Of a stretch of 64,000 nucleotides of DNA, positions 59,702-64,000 are shown piece by piece. The notes under the pieces are model-generated. The model was not told where the DNA came from. It worked only from the letters and a program-made list of their open reading frames with translations, and ran no database searches. Position 1 is the stretch's first letter. Each line of letters opens with the position of its first letter. This DNA is from Spirulina sp. Its GTDB lineage: Bacteria; Cyanobacteriota; Cyanobacteriia; Phormidesmidales; Phormidesmidaceae. The stretch lies in NCBI GenBank assembly GCA_044070495.1, contig JBIPSI010000022.1, positions 1-64,000 on the forward strand, read 5' to 3'. A program made the translations under genes and the position numbers.

Positions 59702-61405
59702 CTAGACTCGTGCTTCGGAGTGGAGGGTGTGGAGGGCGGATTGCAACGCCTGCATCCGGTTGTCTACCTGGTAGATGGCAGCGGCAGGAGGATGTTCAGA
59801 GGTCTTGTGGGCGGGTAGGAACCGATGCAGATCTAGGGTATCGATGCGATCTTTTACCTGACCCGGTTTGACCACAATCCACACCTGGCGATCCCGTTTG
59901 ATCGAGTCCTGCACAATGGATTCAATCGCCAGGGCAGCGGTGACGCCGATGGTGGGCACGTCGCTGAGGTCTAGCACCAGGGCTTGGTAGTTTTTCACGA
60001 AGGAGAGGCGGCGGGAAATGCTTTTGGCGGCTCCAAAGCTCATCGGCCCACCTAATTGAAACAGCAAAATATCGCCCTTGGCCTTGGCCAAAATTGCCTT
60101 TTCTTCGGGGGATAGGTTGCTGTCTGCGGTGTCGTCGGTGATGGTCTTGATGCGGCTGCTTTGCACATCGGTGAGGCGCTTGATGGTGAGCACATTGGCC
60201 ACGAAGGCCCCCACCAGCACCGCCGTAATCAGGTCAATAAACACCGTCAGAAACAGCACCAGGTACATAATTCCGGTGCCCTTGAGGGAGATGCGGGGCG
60301 CTCGTTTAATGAAGCCCCAGTCCAAAATATCAATACCCACCTTCAGCAGCAGCCCCGCCAACACGGCGTTGGGAATTTGGGCCGTCAGTGGCCCAGCCCA
60401 AAACAGCACTAGCAGCAGCACCAGGGCATGGATTATCCCAGAGAGCGGCGTTTTGCCTCCCGCCTGCACATTCACCACGGTACGCATGGTAGCCCCGGCA
60501 CCGGGCAACCCACCAAACAGGCCCGATATTAAATTGCCAATCCCCTGGCCGATCAGTTCCTTATCAGAATCGTGCTGGGTGCGGGAAATGCTGTCCGCCA
60601 CCAGGGAGGTGAGCAGGGAATCAATCGCCCCCAAAACCCCCAGCATCAGCCCGTAGCGCAGCATGTCATCCAGTTCACGCAGGGTAAAGGTCGGGAACTG
60701 GAGGCGAGGGAATCCACTCGGAATCTCGCCAATGCGGGGGAGTGACCCCTGCCCAAAAAACACCACCGACAGCAGCGTGACCACCACCAAGGCCACCAGC
60801 GGCGCGGGTAGGACTCGGTTTAGCCGAGGTGGAATGGCAAACACAATGGCCAGGGTGAGCAGGCCCAACCCCAGGGCTACTCCGTTGGGATCGCTGAGAA
60901 ACTGGGGTAATTCCTGGAGAGTGCCAATTACGCCCCCGGTGGCGGCGTGGCCCAGCAGCGGCGGCAGTTGCAGCAGAATGATGATCACCCCAATGCCGGA
61001 CATAAAGCCGGAAATCACCGTGTAGGGCAGCAGGGTGATGTACTGGCCGAGGCGCATGAGGCCAAAGAGAATTTGCAGCACGCCGCCGATCATCACCACC
61101 GTGAAGGCCATGGCCAGCCCCGTATCGGGGTAGCGGGCCACCAGGCTGGTGATGACGGTGGTGATCACCACCGTCATGGGGCCAGTGGGGCCAGAAATTT
61201 GGGTGGGGGTGCCCCCAAACAGGGCGGCAAAACATCCGGTAAACATGGCTCCGTAGAGTCCGGCGGTGGCCCCCGCCCCCGAAGACACCCCAAAGGCCAG
61301 CGCTAGGGGCAGGGCAACGATGGCCGCCGTAACACCGCCAAACAGATCCCCCCGCCAGTGACGCAGGCTGATGGGATTGACCAAGGAAAATGGGAGAGCC
61401 ACCAT
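59702..61405 (-). CDS. BicA-like SulP bicarbonate transporter with STAS domain
   Basis: GDLFGG.TAAIVALPLALAFG, PTGPM, IDSLLT, GAGATMRT, GPMSFGAAK. Confidence 0.88.
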   Translation of the reverse strand: MVALPFSLVNPISLRHWRGDLFGGVTAAIVALPLALAFGVSSGAGATAGLYGAMFTGCFAALFGGTPTQISGPTGPMTVVITTVITSLVARYPDTGLAMAFTVVMIGGVLQILFGLMRLGQYITLLPYTVISGFMSGIGVIIILLQLPPLLGHAATGGVIGTLQELPQFLSDPNGVALGLGLLTLAIVFAIPPRLNRVLPAPLVALVVVTLLSVVFFGQGSLPRIGEIPSGFPRLQFPTFTLRELDDMLRYGLMLGVLGAIDSLLTSLVADSISRTQHDSDKELIGQGIGNLISGLFGGLPGAGATMRTVVNVQAGGKTPLSGIIHALVLLLVLFWAGPLTAQIPNAVLAGLLLKVGIDILDWGFIKRAPRISLKGTGIMYLVLFLTVFIDLITAVLVGAFVANVLTIKRLTDVQSSRIKTITDDTADSNLSPEEKAILAKAKGDILLFQLGGPMSFGAAKSISRRLSFVKNYQALVLDLSDVPTIGVTAALAIESIVQDSIKRDRQVWIVVKPGQVKDRIDTLDLHRFLPAHKTSEHPPAAAIYQVDNRMQALQSALHTLHSEARV

Positions 61406-61628
61406 AGGACATGACCGAAGGGCAACGGATCCCACCCTACGCCATGACCTTGGTGGGACGAATTTTGCCGCTAGAAAATTAAGGATTGGAGTGCGTACGG
61501 TTCCTGGCGGAGGACGGCACACCCTGCCCAGGTTTCAGATCCCCCTAGGTTTTGCACCGCTCCCAGGGTTCTGCCCCGGCATTACGCCAAAAGCTGGGAT
61601 CGTGACCCAAAGAACCCTGGGATCCTTC

Positions 61629-61750
61629 CTGATTGCCTGACACCTCTCCAATGTAGGTTGGGTGCAGCGAAGCATCCCCAGCGGAGAAAACCCAACGCTC
61701 GCCAGGAATTTGGGGCTTGTTGGGTTCTGCTATCGCGCCACCCAACCTAC
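61629..61750. mobile_element. One-ended copy of the IS50-like MITE/REP doublet
   Basis: CTGATTGCCTGACACCTCT...GTAGGTTGGGTGCAGCG...CCCAACCTAC with a small internal insertion. Confidence 0.7.
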
Positions 61751-61761
61751 TAGCTAACCGT

Positions 61762-62637
61762 CTAGCGGTACAACAGCACGGGAATTTGGCTGCTCCTCAG
61801 CAGTTGTAGGGCCGTGCTGCCGATTACCAAGTGGCGAATGCGGCGATGGCCGTAGGCTCCCAGCATCAGCAGGTGAATGGCCTCTTGCTCGACATATTGG
61901 GCAATGGCTTTTTCCGGCTCTCCTATCAACAGCGTAGCCTTAGGATTCAGGCCCGCCTCCTGCAACGTAGCCACCGCCGTAGTCAGGCACCGTTTTTTCT
62001 CCCCTTCCGAGTCTGGGGTGGTCACCGTTAGCAGGTGAAGGTCTAGGTCGCGCAGGCTGGGGGTGTTCACCAACGTAGTGACCAAAAAGGAGAGCAGCTT
62101 TTGTCCGGTGGGGCTGCCATCGTAGGCCAATAACAGACGCTCAATGGGCACAAACTCGCGGGGGGTCACCAAGCAGGGCTTGGGGCTGCTGCGAAGAATG
62201 CGATCCACATTGGCCCCCAGATGCCCGGTGGCAAAGTCTGCCGCTTCCCCCCGCTTGCCCAGCACCATCAGGTCGGCATCGGCGGCGAGGCTGTCGATGC
62301 AATCTACCAGAAACCCGGTTTTGTGGATGAGTTTAACCGTGGTGGCTCCCTGATGGGTAAGCGCCTGTTCGGCTTCCTGCAAAATCAGCTTGGCCCTTTC
62401 GTGGTTGAGTTTGGCCCGCTCGTGTTCTACCTCCACGAGTTTTTTGAGGAGGCTTTCTGCGGCCCCTAGGCCAATGCTGCCACTGAGGTTGCTGGCTTCG
62501 GCGGTGGCTTGCCCCCTGGCATCGGTGACGTAGAGAACGTCCACGCTGGCCCCTAGCCCCTGGGCCAACCAGGCCGCATAGGAATAGCTGGTGCGGGCAA
62601 AGGCCGAGCCATCGGTACAGAGTAAAATTCGTTGCAT
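61762..62637 (-). CDS. Tandem-domain universal stress protein
   Basis: ILLCTDGS, LGKRG...LGANV, LLAYDGS, GAYGH...IGST. Confidence 0.92.
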   Translation of the reverse strand: MQRILLCTDGSAFARTSYSYAAWLAQGLGASVDVLYVTDARGQATAEASNLSGSIGLGAAESLLKKLVEVEHERAKLNHERAKLILQEAEQALTHQGATTVKLIHKTGFLVDCIDSLAADADLMVLGKRGEAADFATGHLGANVDRILRSSPKPCLVTPREFVPIERLLLAYDGSPTGQKLLSFLVTTLVNTPSLRDLDLHLLTVTTPDSEGEKKRCLTTAVATLQEAGLNPKATLLIGEPEKAIAQYVEQEAIHLLMLGAYGHRRIRHLVIGSTALQLLRSSQIPVLLYR

Positions 62638-62645
62638 GGGTTTTC

Positions 62646-64000
62646 CTACCGGACTTCGGTTTCAAGGGCGGGCGAATCCACAGGCTGATCCCCAGGTTCC
62701 GCCGATTGACTATGGACGGCCAGCTTTTCCACCAGGGTCGCGCTGGCGGCATTGAGGCCCACCACCTCCACCTCGGCCCCGGCCCGCCGGAATTTGTTGA
62801 CCACCTTATCCAGGGCGGCTACGGCCCCTTGATCCCACAGGTGGGCATGGGTGAGGTCAATGGTGACCCGGTCGATAAATTCGCTGAAGTCAAAGGCTTC
62901 TAGAAATTCATCCCTGGACACAAAGAAAATCTGGCCCGACACACTGTAGACCCGATGGCCCTCGTCCCGCATCACCTTGTCTACAAACACCAACTGGGCA
63001 ATTTTGCGGGAGAAAAACACCGTACTCATCACAATCCCCGTGGCCACCCCCAGGGCAAAGTTGCGGGTGAAGATGGTCACCAGCATGGTGGTTAGCATCA
63101 CCGCCGTTTCGCTGCGGGGAATTTTGGCCATATCCCGAAACGACGCCCAGCGAAAGGTGCCGATGGAGACCATGATCATCACCGCCACCAGGGTGGCCAT
63201 GGGCATTTGCTGCACCCAGGGGCTAAACACCAGCATGGCAATCAGCAAAAACACCCCCGCCGCCAGGGTAGACAGTCGCCCCCGTCCCCCCGACTGCACG
63301 TTAATTACCGACTGGCCAATCATGCCGCAGCCCGCCATGCCGCCAAAGAAACTGGTGATGATATTGGCGATGCCCTGGCCCTTGGCTTCGCGGTTTTTAT
63401 CGCTGGGGGTATCGGTCAACTCGTCCACTAGGGAGGCGGTGAGGAATGAGGCCAGCAGTCCCACAATGGCCATGGTCAGCGAGGTGGGCAGCACAATCCG
63501 CAGGGTTTCCAAATTTAGGGGCACCTGGGGCAGGGCAAAGAGGGGCAGGGCGGTGGGCAGTTCTCCCATATCCCCCACGGTGGGTACATCAATATTGAGG
63601 GTAATTTTGGCGATGGTCATCACCACCAGGGCCACCAGGGGCGAGGGCACCGCCTTAGTAAAGCGGGGCAGGATGTAGATAATGCCCAAGGACAACGCTG
63701 CCAGCACGTATACCATGGGCGACACGTTGGTCAACTGCGGCAACTGGGCCAAGAAAATCAGCACCGCCAGGGCATTGATATAGCCCACCATCACCGCCCT
63801 GGGCACGTAGCGCATTTGCCGCCCCAATTTAAGGACGCCGAAGACGACCTGAATCACCCCGGTTAAAAACGTGGCTACCAGCAGGTATTGCAGCCCGTGG
63901 TCGCGTACCAGGTCAATCATCAACAGCGCCATGGCCCCGGTGGCGGCGGAAATAGACCCCGGCCTGCCCCCCAAAAAGGCGGTGACAATGGCAATGATGA
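62646..64000 (-). CDS. SulP family anion transporter (5' end outside the window)
   Basis: [25 protein letters not shown] domain; the frame is open to the window edge. Confidence 0.9.
   Translation of the reverse strand, partial: IIAIVTAFLGGRPGSISAATGAMALLMIDLVRDHGLQYLLVATFLTGVIQVVFGVLKLGRQMRYVPRAVMVGYINALAVLIFLAQLPQLTNVSPMVYVLAALSLGIIYILPRFTKAVPSPLVALVVMTIAKITLNIDVPTVGDMGELPTALPLFALPQVPLNLETLRIVLPTSLTMAIVGLLASFLTASLVDELTDTPSDKNREAKGQGIANIITSFFGGMAGCGMIGQSVINVQSGGRGRLSTLAAGVFLLIAMLVFSPWVQQMPMATLVAVMIMVSIGTFRWASFRDMAKIPRSETAVMLTTMLVTIFTRNFALGVATGIVMSTVFFSRKIAQLVFVDKVMRDEGHRVYSVSGQIFFVSRDEFLEAFDFSEFIDRVTIDLTHAHLWDQGAVAALDKVVNKFRRAGAEVEVVGLNAASATLVEKLAVHSQSAEPGDQPVDSPALETEVR

Overview
64-kb window of a cyanobacterial chromosome, with coding style and gene content resembling Leptolyngbya/Nodosilinea-type filamentous strains (inference). 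The core backbone carries psaC, psaA-psaB, murD, a tocopherol methyltransferase, pcm, a SNF2 helicase, a CSP41-like epimerase, two J-domain proteins, clpR-clpP, crtD, acsF, lepB and two SulP/BicA transporters with a USP. Accessory DNA: (i) at the left edge, a Trypco1 gene plus a trypsin-iSTAND-like conflict-system gene cut off by an IS50/Tn5-like end; (ii) an ~11.5-kb lower-GC island between psaB and the SNF2 gene (24.8-36.3 kb) with TA genes (many orphan antitoxins followed by stubs of their partners), XisH/XisI, an HNH nuclease, a HEPN-like protein, a serpin, a lipase and a decayed IS630 with nested mini-elements, where three cargo ends share the junction GGTGGGCA...CTACTGACT; (iii) a family of ~145-bp MITEs with Tn5-like ends enclosing a REP doublet, one with a perfect 9-bp target duplication. 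On a manual scan the HIP1 core CGATCG was not found, while CCTAGG is frequent. No rRNA, tRNA or CRISPR array was seen. All product calls come from motif recognition by eye, not database searches.
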